From the human T2T-CHM13v2.0 reference genome, Homo sapiens, in assembly GCF_009914755.1 (NCBI RefSeq), contig NC_060926.1: DNA of 64,000 nucleotides; one strand, 5' to 3'. The position numbers and the translations under genes are program-made. Numbering within the stretch: the first letter of the stretch is position 1; the number at the start of each line of letters is the position of its first letter. Positions 1 to 15,992 of the stretch are shown piece after piece. Under the pieces are notes generated by a model. It was not told where the DNA came from. It searched no databases and saw only the letters and a program-made list of their open reading frames with translations.

Positions 1-497
1 AATATGGTAATACAAGCTCAAAAATAGTTAACATTACACAGCGATAATTCAATTTTCATTTTTCTTATTTCTAAATTATTTTATTCTAAAGTGTTATTTT
101 AGAAAAAACAAAATTTCACAGAAATCATAACATTTTTCAAAAATAAAACATAAAAATGTAAGGATTTTCATAATAACAGATATTCCAAGAGACTATTATT
201 TGAAAGTGGGAAATATTTACAAAATATTGATGAAATTATTTAAATTTTAAAAGATTAAAACCAATGATATATTTAATCTCAATACATATTTGACATCCTA
301 ACTTAACATATTCCCATAAAATCAAAATGAAATAAAATTATTGCCATCCACCCTAAGTCATATCCCAAATTACCAAATATAAATTTACACAGAAGCATTC
401 TACATAAGTTTTTGCACACCTCCAACACACTTTTGAACTCACTTGGGTAATTATGGATCTTTCCAACAGCAGCAGCAGTTTCTACTAAGTTATTTAC

Positions 498-549
498 CTT
501 GTCCAGGTCTTGCAGTTACAGCTGCTCCAGCAGATGGCGGCTCACACTC
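498..549 (-). CDS. LNPK: LNPK exon 8, ECEPPSAGAAVTARPGQ
   Basis: 52 nt with gacag|GAG and AAG|gtaaat boundaries, in frame after an 82-nt intron. Confidence 0.92.
511..540 (+). promoter_or_regulatory. Candidate CTCF site inside LNPK exon 8
   Basis: CCAGCAGATGGCGG (527-540) matches the CCASYAGRKGGCRS core at every position; a TGCAGT upstream module starts at 511. Confidence 0.65.
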
Positions 550-631
550 CTGTCAATTATAATAATGTTATTACAGTGACCTATTACAATGTGTAATTTA
601 TAATAAAATAGTAGTGATATCACAGTCTTAC

Positions 632-715
632 CTTTGCTTTCTTTGAGTCCGGATCAAACCTTTCAAGAATTAATTTAGCCGTCTTGTAAGTTTCTTTTTC
701 CATGACTTCTTCAAG
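632..715 (-). CDS. LNPK: LNPK exon 7, LEEVMEKETYKTAKLILERFDPDSKKAK
   Basis: 84 nt with cgtag|CTT and AAG|gtaaga boundaries; contains the conserved Lunapark motif ETYKTAKLILERFD. Confidence 0.96.
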
Positions 716-2055
716 CTACGAACAAAAATTTCCATAAATTGTCACACTTCAAAACACACACTACTTATTTGTATAAGTCCTATTCAAAAAGGTTTAAATA
801 TCCTTAATATATCCAAATAGAATGAAAGACTTCCTACATTCGAATAATTAAAATCCAGATTTTAAAATGGCTTCTAACCTCTAATATGTTACTTGTACTT
901 AACAGTTTTACTGCAAGGAAATACCAAATATTGCTAATTGTTTACATATAATGAGGAGAATAATTACATGCACCAACTTCAATAATGGAATGTGCAAAAA
1001 TCTATCAGCCATCATTATTGGAAGTTATTAGACATGACAAGCAAATGACAGGCAATTCCTCAGATTTATTTCCTCATAGCACTTAATGCTATTAATTTAA
1101 AGAAGGTCGTTAGCCAAGAGCTTTACAAAATAAAATCTCTGTGCCAATTAACTGCTGTCAGCATCGATTTTAGATTATTTATTAGCAGAAGCAATTAGCT
1201 TGCTGCAAATGCAGTGAAAACTCACTAACTGGGAGAACAGCCATGGAATTTGCTCAAATGACTTTAAAAGATAACCCTCACCTCTTTTTTACTTAGACTC
1301 AAACAACTTTAGAGGAAAAAACTGAGCACAGAATTTAAGCAAAAATTTTACTGAGTTCTATGTTCACACTAGGGACTATAATTAAATCACTTCATTATTG
1401 TAACGTTTTATTTACCATGCACTCAAGTCACTTTATAACTTAATACATGGGTTTAACTTAAAATATAATCACTAGTAAAGTATCACTAGCAGTTACGGCT
1501 AGTTCAACATCAGAAAAAGTTGAACTTTAGTACAAGACAGTCATAGTAATGACAAATTACCTAATATGTAGGATAAAGTGCTTTTGCAAAAATTGGAAAA
1601 GAACCTTTTCTTTCTCAGTGACCACTGATAACCACTAAGATTCATTAAATGTCATATTCATTCCAAAGGACATTTATTTTAAAATGCAACCCAAAGCACA
1701 TTTACTGAGTTAAAAATATGCTGCCACAATAGCAGTTAACAGATTCCTCATTAAACACTCAATTCGACATTTAAGAGGTAGGTACTTAGATGAATGATTT
1801 ATTAGCCTTGCCTTGGTTTAATGAAACTAAAATATTTTCCTATTTCAAAATTATTATAAATTCTCAAAATAAACAAGTTGACTTTTCTGATGTAAAGGAG
1901 ATGTTTATAGTATCACTTTAGAGTTAGAAAAAAAAAACTAGGAACAGAGGTAGAAAGAGGGCATAATAAAATACATCCCCAAATCAACATAATCTACATG
2001 GAATATCAAAGAAGCAAATCCCTGATCTCTACACATTAGACTTTTGATTTTTTAG

Positions 2056-2548
2056 CAGTGTTGTGCAGTAAAACTTTATGTAATGATGAAAATGGTCTAT
2101 GTCAGCGTAATAGTAGCCACTAAGCCCTATGTGATAAATGAGCACTTAAAATGTTGCTTGTGCAACTGGGGAACTGAATTTGTACTTTTGTTTTGTTTCG
2201 TTTTGTTTTGTTTTAGATGGAGTCTCACTCTGTCACCCAGGCTGGAGTGAGTGGTTTCGGCTCACTGCAGCCTCCACCTCCCAGGTTCAAGCGATTCTCT
2301 GCCTCAGGCTCCCAAGTAGCTAGGATTACAGATGCGCGCCACCACACCCGGCTAGTTTTTGTATTTTTAGTAGAGACGAGGTTTCGCCATGTTGGCCAGG
2401 CTGGTCTCGAACTCTTGGCCTCAAGTGATCCACATACCTCAGCCTCCCAAAGTGCTGGGATTACAGGTGTGAGCCACTGCGCCCAGCTGTAGTTTTATTT
2501 CATTTTAAATAATGTAAATGTAAACAGTCATACTGATTTGGACAGATA
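2056..2548. mobile_element. MER3-type hAT MITE split by an antisense Alu (~2186-2488)
   Basis: MER3-like sequence (tagtagccac...gagcacttaaaatg...gaactgaattt) resumes after the Alu. Confidence 0.75.
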
Positions 2549-3182
2549 ACTCTAGACTAAAACTACTACTAGGTTTAAAAAGATTAAACTGTGATCTTTA
2601 AAACAACACACAAAACTCCAAACCAAAATGCTACTTTATCGAATGATTGCATTCCTGGTAGATTATTCAGCAAGTATTCAAGTGTATCTATGTTTTTATT
2701 TATCTTAAATAAAATCAGTTTTTAAGTACTAAAAGATACAAATCTATTTCCCATTTTTTGCATTTACTTCTAACAAAATATTTTCATATAATAGCTTAAT
2801 TAACACACATCCATACAACATTTAAGTAATAATATGTTTTAAATACACTGTTCAGTGCAAAGAACATGAATTTGAAACTTCAAAGTGAGAAAAGATCTGG
2901 GTTCAACGCACATTTCTATTCTTAGAAGATTGTTAGCACTTTGTCAGCCTCAGTTTCTCCTCTGCATAGATATTTTAATACTTTCTTCATAGCACTACTG
3001 TGCAATTTAAAAAAATATAATGTAGGAGAAAGAGTCCACAACAGTGCCTAAAATATTAACATAATTTTCAGAGACATCTCAATTACTCAGAATGGGCCTG
3101 AAACAAACTATTTCCAAAAACTCAACATATTAACCTCAAGATTCAGGAACAAGAAACTAGAATTCTTGAGAATTCTCTCATT

Positions 3183-3327
3183 CAAGCTTGTCCAACCCTT
3201 AGCCACCAGCCACATGTGGCCCAAGATAGCTTTGAATGCAGCCCAAAACAAATTCGTAAACTTTAAAACATTATAACATTTTTTTGCAATTTTTTATTTT
3301 TGAGCTCATCAGCTATCGTTAGTGTTA
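3183..3327. mobile_element. MER30 fragment
   Basis: CAAGCTTGTCCAACC...ctcatcagctatcgttagtgtt resembles the MER30 consensus. Confidence 0.75.
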
Positions 3328-4944
3328 AAGAATGAATCATTTTTCTGTAATACGGTTGTACTAAAGGTTTTAGGGGCTTTTTTATTTTAAAAGATAGAAT
3401 AATAAATACATGATTCTATTAAGAGTCAACATTGTGATGAGTTATATTTCTATAACATGTAAAAATTATTTCTACTGGATACAGCCATTACATCATAGAA
3501 AACATTAAAAGGGCACACTAGCACAAAATAAATGTGAAAAAAACTTTTTAAGTTTTGAAAGACAATTCTACAAATATTTAATACTAAAATTATCATTCTT
3601 GAAACAGAATTTTAAAACGCACAAAGCATTAATTTCCCTAACCAATATTTACTCATGAAAAATATTCCAGATGTAAGAAAACTTTCTTTCATTTCTTTCA
3701 TTTTGCATTAACTTTGCAATTCAGAGTATTAGGGAGCATGTTATACCATATAAACTCATCCTTTTATCATGCTGAAAATACTGTCTGGTATCCCTGATTT
3801 GAGGTTTGCTGTTGAAATTGATGATGCTTTTACTAATTCAGATGTTATATCATTTTCTTTCATATAAGAGTATTCCACAATAATAGTCACATCTTTCTTC
3901 TTTGCATTTCTTCTGTTATTGTGTAGCCTAAGGTGAATATTCAAACACTGGGAAAAGCCAGAAAACATTACTGGGTAATACAAAAATGTAACATTTTAAG
4001 CCGCTATAAGGTTAAGAACTCTATAGAGAATAAAAGCTAAAATTGCCAATTTAAAGACTTCTTTTGCTTCCAAAACTTATTTCATGGAATATCACGCACA
4101 GGATTTGTACAAAATATACTTTATACATTTATATAAATTATAGTAGGTATATAAACATTTTTATTTGCAAGAATGACTCACCATTAATAAGAGAGTGCCA
4201 TAAATGCCCACAAAACTGATTAGATTGTACCACTTCTCTATGATTCTGTACTGTTCCCAGAAACGTCAACATTAACCTGTAACTCAGCATGTCAGAATTT
4301 CTTGCTCTTGCCTTCAGCTGACATTAGTGAATTCCTTTGAACTAGTAACATCTGTAGTTGATTGTTAAGCTTTAATTCTCAGGGAACTATAACACTTTTC
4401 CTCATGTTCCCAATTTCTCAAGTGATTTTTCTCAAGATTCAGAAAAACACAGATTTCCCAAGGAATGCTGGAAATTACCACATAGGACTAATATTCTGAA
4501 AAAGCACAAAATTTTCATGAAGCCATTTAAAGAGGTAATCTTGACTCATGTATTTTGATAGAGCTTGATTTTTGAACTGTTTTGAAGGAATGCTCATGGA
4601 TGCAGAGGGATTATCTGCTTGCACAGATTACTCAGTGATTATTAAAAACTCAAGTTTTGTTAAAGGGCCACAAAATACGTGAATGGTAAAATGCACACAG
4701 ATCTAGACTTGGGAATTTTTTAGATAACTAAAGATTACTTCCTAACTTTATAATAATAATACTTACATTAAGCTCTTAAAATATTGTTAAGATGCTCTTT
4801 CCTAATTTACTTTTTAATCAATTGATAATTCATATCTGTCATTACAAATTACAATTTTACAAATTTCAAATTACATTACAAATCTATTCAGATTAAAGGG
4901 ATGCATCCCCAAGGAAACCACTTTTAATAAAATATCAAGTAGTG

Positions 4945-5162
<218 letters not shown>

Positions 5163-6888
5163 ACCAAAGTGTAAAACTACTCAAACAAAGCAGCTCTGTT
5201 AAAGGCTTGAACAGTCAAGATCACAAACTAGTTCGAGTAGCAAACAGTATTATAACCAACAATAATCAAGTAAATGCAAATTGTGTTTAATTAATAAAGT
5301 GAATTAGAGCCAACATTTTTCTTTAGTCAAACTGCAAGAGAAATGCCATATTGAATTATTAATATTGATGCCTAATGAACCATTTAAACTTGCAGAGCTA
5401 TTGAACTCAACTTTTTCAACTGTTGTCAGACTTAAAATGAAACATCTTTTATGTTGCGATTCCTTTAAAGGCTATTTAAAAAGTAGTAAATAGCTTGACT
5501 TATCCTTTCACACAATTTTCCAAGTCAGCTCTGTTACTCTATTGAGAGATTTTCCCAAATCATATGTTCTTCAAGATCCTGTTTTCTGGCCATATGATGC
5601 CAGTGACATTGGGCTGCTTCTCATCACTTAGGACTTTTTTCTTTTCTGCTTTCCTTTGTCTTCCTCTTCATCTTTTCTACTTTAACTAATATTTCTCCAT
5701 TTTGGTATAAGCAGGACTTGTCTCTGATCACCAGTACCAGCTCTTCTTTTTATCTCATCAGCAAGTCAAACCAATCATATCACAACTTCTAAATCACTGA
5801 CACCATCAGTATTTCCTCACTTTGAATTTCTGGCTGTTCCATAATGTGCAGAATAGCAGAAACATAATAATAAGATATTTCTGTGTTTGGCAATTTAGGA
5901 CCACCAAAATTGCCAATGCAGTTTTGATAAATACCTCACAGGACACCCAATAAGGAGCAAACAAAGCTAAGGAATCCTTTCAAAATTAAAGTTCTCTTAC
6001 TTTTCAGGTACTTAAAGCCCTTAAAACCAGTATCTATTATCATCAATTCACAGAATAATTTTTAACATTAGTCTTAACCTTCACAATATTGGTTTCTTAA
6101 TTATTACTTGTTACATACTAGACTAAAATATATTGAATTGATCATTTGTACCTGATTAAATTTTATTAAATACATTTCTATACAACATAATACTATCAGC
6201 AGTTATCATTTTCACACTTCAAAAATAATCATTAAAAAATTAGTAGCTCTATGTCAAACACCAACTTCAATTCACTTATTACAGACTACTATGTATCAAT
6301 ATCTAGAGCGCCTTCTGTCTTACTCTTGGTCCTCTTTCCAACACATCTGAAGGGATGCATCAACTAGCCCCACAATAGATATCCATGTGATCAGAGTTAC
6401 TGATAGAAAGTGGAAAACTCTGAAGAAAACAATTATCTCTCTCTCTCTCCCATCTCTTCTTCAGTATTTTCATGTTGAATTGCTCTCTTACAACCGATCT
6501 TCTTGATTCCCTCTCTTTCTTGGTGTCAAGAAAACCTGAGAACTGACACGTGGAGATATTTTGTCCTTTTTTATTTAGCTCTAATAAACAATCTGGTACC
6601 CACATTTTTACCCTCTCTGCCTCATTTAGGCCTCCAATATGACTCATTTACTTACTTCTCAGCTTCCAACTGATACAGATTCTCAGAATCTCAAAAGTCC
6701 TTCTAAACTACTTTTTCCTGTCAATCATTATTAACTAGCAAAAATATTCACAATTTCACTTCATCATTAAAATGCTATCTAAAAGCATATTTCTTCCTTG
6801 GAGAGTTATTAACTTCCAACACATAAACATTAATTATTCAGTTCTTATTAGTTTAATATAAATTAATTTTAAATAAAAGTTAACTTAC

Positions 6889-6929
6889 TATTTTTTTCCT
6901 CTGGGATTTTAAATCATCCAATGCTTCAT
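6889..6929 (-). CDS. LNPK: LNPK exon 6, (N)EALDDLKSQRKKI
   Basis: 41 nt with ttctag|ATG and ATA|gtaagt boundaries; phase is compatible. Confidence 0.95.
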
Positions 6930-8004
6930 CTAGAAAGCAAGATTTAAATCAAAGATTAAGATATTTAGATATAAGAAAAAATCACGCCAAATGACACACG
7001 GTAGCAAACACAAGAAAACTTTCTTATTTTAGGATTTTTCAAAATTTAACTGATGTGTAGAGACAAAAATTATCTCCATCTTCACCCACATATAGTTCAT
7101 ATTTTTGCCTGTATTATATATTATAGGCCATTGAGGTGAAAAATTGACTTTACATAGTATAAAGCACCTTTCTAAATTGAAATATATACAAATACTTTTT
7201 AATGTGTTCAGAAACATTACTTTCTACTATTTCTTTTTCCTTTCAACACCTCACCCACATTAATTTACAAAATTAGTATCAAATCTCTTTTTATACACTG
7301 GTAATAAAAATGTTCTCTTTGTTTATAAGGAAATAAATACATATTTTACTTAGTCAAGCCTGAAGATATTAAGCACGACTTTTTAAAAAACCTAGAAAAT
7401 CTACCTTATTGCATCTGAGAAGGGACATGGAAAAAAATACTAATAACTTTCCAAAATTAAACATTTCTAAGATTTGCCCGCTTATATAGGTTGGCATGGT
7501 GGAACAGAAAGAATCACCTCAGAGGATATCTTTTATGAATGTCAATGTTTGATTTACAAATTATTTAAGTTTCTAGTTTTTCTCTAGAAATATTTAACTA
7601 ATACAGATTGAAACACTATTCCCTAAGGAAAGCAGAACTTATGGCTTGAATATTATCAAATGAAATGTAAATAACTGTTCTTAATACTTAATTAAATTTA
7701 TAAATAAAATTATTACTTCTTCACTGAAATTCTAGGTAACAAATACCTGAATACCCAACTCAAAGTACATCATTTATGTAAAAATTCAAGGAAACACAAA
7801 CATATAAAAAGATGATTTTACTATAAAACTTTTTTCAAAATAGATTAAGCAGTCTTTAATGTGATAGCTAACTTGTTACTAAAAGCAGAGGAAATCTGCT
7901 AACATCTTCAAAGAGAATAGTAATTTTTTGTTAGATAAGACCAAGCCAAACATCTGTACTTTAATCCAAGGGTTAGCAAACTTATTCTGTAAAGGAAAAA
8001 GTAA

Positions 8005-8340
<336 letters not shown>

Positions 8341-8396
8341 AAGAAATACAAAAGAAATACAAAATTTCCACAAACTTTATAGACTAAATTCAAATA

Positions 8397-8633
8397 CAGG
8401 TTGAGTATCTCTTATCTGAAATGCTTGGTGCTAGAAGTGTTTCAGATTTCAATTTTTTTTTTAATTTTGGAATATCTGCAGAATACACCCCAGCTGAGCA
8501 TCTCAAATCCAAAAATCCAAAATCCAAAATGCTCCAAGGACCATTTCCTTTGAGTATCATGTTGGCATTCAAAAAATTTTGGATTTAGGGGGATTTCAGA
8601 TTTTGAATTTTCAGATTTGGGATGTTCAACCTA
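8397..8633. mobile_element. Tigger4a/MER46-type MITE nested in the hAT element
   Basis: CAGGTTGAGTATC...GATGTTCAACCT inverted termini flanked by TA. Confidence 0.85.
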
Positions 8634-11259
8634 TATAATAATTGAGTTCAATTTTTTGTAATATAAGTCTACCAGGGAAAAGAATGTAATACTTTCAGGG
8701 GTGGATAACATTTCACTTAATTGAGGTTCAAAGCTAAGTGTTCTCTATCATCAAAACTGATTGCAAATGATAATCCATTAATGCTGATCTGTAATGAGAT
8801 TTTACATATTTGATTTTTTAATGTCTTTTCACAGAGGTAGTTACTGCCAAATACTGATATCAATCCACAGGCATAGGATTTTAATTGAGCATATTCACTA
8901 GTTTGAAAGGCATTTATAAAATTCTATTAGATTCTTCTCTTGGCATTTGCCTTTTAGAGTATTATTACATTGGAAGTTAATCACCTCCAATCAAAGACTG
9001 AAGCTCTTCAATTATACAGTGAAATGGATTTAGAAACACAGAAATTTCCTTTGCACTTGCCTTGAGGTCTGAAAAATTCTACTGGAACTATAATTTCACC
9101 TCGGATAATGCATCTGCTACAAATTTGTGTGGGAATGGCAATCCTGCTTCTTGTTTCCATTTTTATAGCACTTTTAAAAAAAACTACTTGTCATTACAAT
9201 GTTGTTTTCTAAATGACTTCACCACATTATAGGTTTTGCATATATACATTGTTTTGCCTTGCAATCTTAGGTTGGATTAATTAAGAACCATTATCAAGGC
9301 TGTAGCAAAAGCTAATTTCCAAAGCCAGTCAGTATTCAAACACAGTGACTGAAGATGGTCCTTCTCATTTGAAGTATTTCAATCTAGGTTTTGAGCTCAA
9401 AATATGACAATAAAACTTTGCCATTGCTAAGCCATCAAACTGCTGTGAGGCAAGTCAAGATAGCTTCTATTCATGATTGAAATTCACATAACTGACAATG
9501 GTTAAGTCCATGAGAGCAATGAAGTTCCCTTTGGCCCTACACAATGACAAATTCAAGTATGTTCTGTGAAGTACCTGTTGTTGAATAATACAATGAATAA
9601 CCATAGACTGTAAACACCTTACAGTTTCAAAAGTTTTGTACAATTTGTACAACTAAGTCTTTTTCTGTTACATATTTTTACCAGCAGTAGTTACAGTACA
9701 TCTTAGCAGATTCCACTTCAGGTTGTAGTAAATTGCTGTTTTCTAAACTTCACTGAAAATATTCTCACCTAAAGTTGTTCTGCAAAGACTTTTTATAGAG
9801 ACTAATTCTTCAGTCACTTCAAGCTCAGCGTGGACAACTCAAACTACAATTGAGCAGTATTGATAACATCTGTCAACTCAACAACAGCCAAGGAAGATCA
9901 CTTGAAATCATTTGCCTTGTTCTTTAATTGACTACTCATGTTTGTTTTTCTGAATTTTTCTCAATTCTTCAGGCAACTGTTCTTGCTGAAACGTTACTAG
10001 TCTTAAGTGTATTTTCCCTGAATACATTTCTTCTGCTGCAGCAATCAAACACAATTTAATTAACTCATAATTGGTAAATGGCTTTCCTTTCTTCACAAAC
10101 AAGCCACTCAGAAACTTTCTTTGACTGAAGCCCCATTTTCCCTTTTAGTTTTATGGAGCAATTCTGCAATAATATATTCCATTTTAAATTTTCTAATTTT
10201 TATGACCATTGCTTTCTGTGAGTTGGGAATATGATGATAAGTAGTTAGTATGGTAATGTCAAATACATATTGTACTCTTTTAGCACAGCTATAACGTCAT
10301 TGCATAAAAAATACAATGCTTTGCATTTTGATAATAAAATAGTCCACATTCCATTATGTACTAAAAGTGCAACATTCAAAGTCCACTTTTCTTTCCTGGT
10401 TTTTACATGATGGGTATGCACGGGTAATAAAAATAAAATAAAATTGTCACAGTACAAAAATACACATGGCACTTAAAAAATGCTGTAAAGTTATAACTGC
10501 ATCGGTCGTACAACAGTGTGAAATGATGAAATGATTAGTCCTACAAGTGCCTGAAGTGATGAGAGCACCACATACAGTCTGTCACAGCTACTCAATTCTG
10601 CTATTGTAGGATGAACGCAGCTAAAGACAGCATGACTGTGTTCCAATAAAAACTGAAATTTGAATTTCATATAAATTTTACATGTCAAAATATTATTCAT
10701 TTTACTATTGCAATAATTTAAAAATATAAAAGCCAATCATGAGCTGTACAAAGCAGTGGGCAGGACTTGGCTTCCAGGCTGCAGCCATCAATTCCTGCTT
10801 TAATTTATACAAGGTCCAACTTGTAAAACAAAACAAGTAAAAATAATCGAGAATAAAAAACAAGGACAGGACCAATAGCTTCAGGCTTAAAAAAATACTA
10901 TGTGACTGCAAGACAATCTTTTACAAAGTCGATTTTAAACATACAGGTAATACCTATTAAAATGAATTAGTACAATTAAAAACAAAAAGAACCTCTGAAA
11001 TATATTTTAAAGCAAAAAAAAAATCCCTTTCATAACCACGTCCAGATCTGCCTATTTATTACATAAGTTAAAAATATTCATACATTTGATTTCCTTAAAG
11101 AAGTGTTCCAAAGGACTCTTGAAAAAGGTTTCTTATTTTTTTTTTTTTTTTACTATCTTGCTATTCCTTGGAGTCAGAAAGCATATTTGCTTTCAACTTC
11201 TTCCTATTCTTCCACCATCTGCTATATTACTAAATATCACCAAAAACAGTATCAGAAGC

Positions 11260-11820
11260 TTAAATTTCCTTAATCTGATAAAAAGCATTAACATTTTTCA
11301 AAACTACAGCAAACATCATACTTAATGGTAAAATATTAAAAGTTTTTTCCATTAAAATCAGGAACTAGACAAGGATACCTGCTATTCCCACTTCAAGTGA
11401 ATACTGTACTCAGTCCTAACCCATTTAAGCAAGAAAAATAAAAGAATAAGAATTGGAAAAGAAGAATCAGTGCCATCAGCTCACATTTGTATAACACTTC
11501 GCAATTTTTATATGCTTTCATATATAGTAACATTTACTACTTTTAACAGTCCTACCAAAACAAATATTCCTGTTTTCATTTTATTTTTTTGTGGGTACAT
11601 AGTGGCCGTATATATTTATGGGGTGCATGAGATGTTTTGACATAGGCATACAATGTGAAATAAGCACATCATGAAGAATGCGGTATCCTTCCCCTTGAGC
11701 ATTCATCCATTGAATTGTAAACAATCCAATTATACTCTTTATTTTAAAATGTACAGTTATTATTGACTATAGTCACCCTATTGTGCTATCAAATACTAGG
11801 TCTTACTCATTCTTTCTGTT
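11260..11820. mobile_element. Old L1 fragments (ORF2 piece + strand, 3' end - strand)
   Basis: ttaaaatcaggaactagacaaggat is an L1 ORF2 signature; tagtcaccctattgtgctatcaaata is an L1MA-like 3' end. Confidence 0.65.
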
Positions 11821-11836
11821 CCCATTTTATAAATTA

Positions 11837-14150
<2,314 letters not shown>

Positions 14151-14207
14151 TTACAAAATATAATGAAGGTTGAGACCCTACTGAGTACAGGTAGAGCTAA
14201 CTTTACA

Positions 14208-14492
14208 TACATTCAGCCCTCCATATGGATTAGTTCAGCACTCATGGAATTAAATCAACCATGGATCAAAAATATTCAGAAAAAATTAAAAATAACAACA
14301 ATAAAAAATACAAATTTAAAATTAATAAAATATAGCAACTATTTATATAGTATTACATTGCATTAGAGATTACAAGTAATCTACAAATGATTTAAAGTAT
14401 GCAGGAGGATGTGTAGGTTACATCCAAATTCTATACCACTTTTATTCTCGGAGGGTATTGGGACCAATCCCTCACAGATACTGAAGGACAAT
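14208..14492. mobile_element. MER2 (Tigger-family) MITE
   Basis: cagccctccatat...aaccatggatcaaaaatattc...accaatccctcacagatactgaagga resembles MER2. Confidence 0.75.
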
Positions 14493-15400
14493 TTCACTTG
14501 GTGGTGTAGGTAGCTCTCATCTGTTTACATCTATTTTCTGTATAAAGTAAGACTATAGGTTAAGAGTGACCAGGTAGATTTTGTAAGGTTTGTTTGTGAC
14601 TTTTGATTTATTTGGTTGGTTGGTTGGTTTTAGTTTGGTTAGATTTGATTGTTGGTTTTTGGTAGGAGGCAGGTATTAGTGATTTGAGGAGAAATACAGT
14701 AACAAACATCACGCTGACAGAGAAAAAGGTGAATTTACTGGGGAACTATAATAGGACCATAAGGCAGTTTTAAGTACATACTTGATATCTGCAATCATAG
14801 ATTTAAAATAAGTCTGGTCAGGTGAGCATGTTGTATGATTTTCCTCTAATAAGTTTAGCTGCTTCAATGAGATTAAACCTGTAAATGTATTTAATCAGAA
14901 TACTGTTTTGCCAGTCATTGATTAGGCATATAATTGTATTTAAAGAGGGTAGGCTTTGACAGATAAGTAGGAAGAGAAGGAGGAGCAAAAGGGTCAAGAG
15001 TGTCAGCAAGGAAATAGTCGTTGGGGTAGATTATAGGATCTAATGTGAGCAGAAGAGAAGAGAGGTTGTGAGTGAGGAGGGCAATTTGATAGTCATATAT
15101 TAATATTTGTACAAACTTTATTTGGATCCTTAGTCAAACAAATAAAATTTTTTTAAAAGCAAATGATACTTATGAGATAACTGAAAAGTTAATATTTTTA
15201 TATTTAATATTTTATGATATTAAGAATTCTTTTCCAGGTATGAAAATGGAGAGATACATTTGGGATATACTTCAAAATAATATACGGGGTGAAAAAAATG
15301 GGTTGAGGTAAAAATGAAACAAGACTCTGTAACAAACCAAGTTTTCCATAAAGATTAATTTAACAAATATAAATTCTCTTTATTTAAAAATGTTTGTTTT

Positions 15401-15708
15401 GGTCGGGCACCATTGCTCACGCCTGTAATCCTAGCACTTTGGGAGGCAGAGGCAGGCGGATTGCCTGAGCTCAGGAGTTCGAGACCAGCCTGGGAAACAT
15501 GGTGAAACCCTGTCTCTATAAAAATACAAAAAATTAGCTGGAAGTGGTGGCACGCACCTATAATCCCAGCTACTCTGGAGGCTGAGGCACAAGAATCACT
15601 TGACCTGGGAGGCGGAGGTTGCAGTGAGCCGAGATCGTGCCACTGCACTCCTGCCTGGGCGACAGGCTCTTCCTATGCCCCTGACTCTGTCTCAAAAAAA
15701 AAAAAAAA
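15401..15708 (+). mobile_element. Alu
   Basis: Full dimer with A tail. Confidence 0.93.
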
Positions 15709-15933
15709 GTTTGTTTTGTGTAAAAAAAAATCTAAATGAACAAGATGGAAATAACACAAATTAAAAACAGAACCATCTTGATCATTTATAACCTTTCTCA
15801 TGCTTTATAATAAACAACTCTTCAATACTTAACACATTATCATTCCAATATCATATTTTACAACCTGTCTTACCAGCACATTCTAAAATAGGTATTTTAA
15901 AAAATATTTATTAAAAATTGGAATTAAACTTAC

Positions 15934-15992
15934 TATTTCTTTCTGTTCTCTTGGAAAAGAAGAAAATAATTACTGTTCTTATGCTCCAGATG
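15934..15992 (-). CDS. LNPK: LNPK exon 5, (I)IWSIRTVIIFFFSKRTERN
   Basis: 59 nt with ttttag|CAT and ATA|gtaagt boundaries; phase is compatible with exons 4 and 6. Confidence 0.95.

Noticed and set aside
3159-3176. AGAATTCT-TG-AGAATTCT (STAT6/HSE-like)
   Set aside because: An isolated short motif next to a MER30 with no supporting context.
5400-5950. Possible decayed coding or transposon sequence
   Set aside because: I could not assign a family or a consistent frame by eye.
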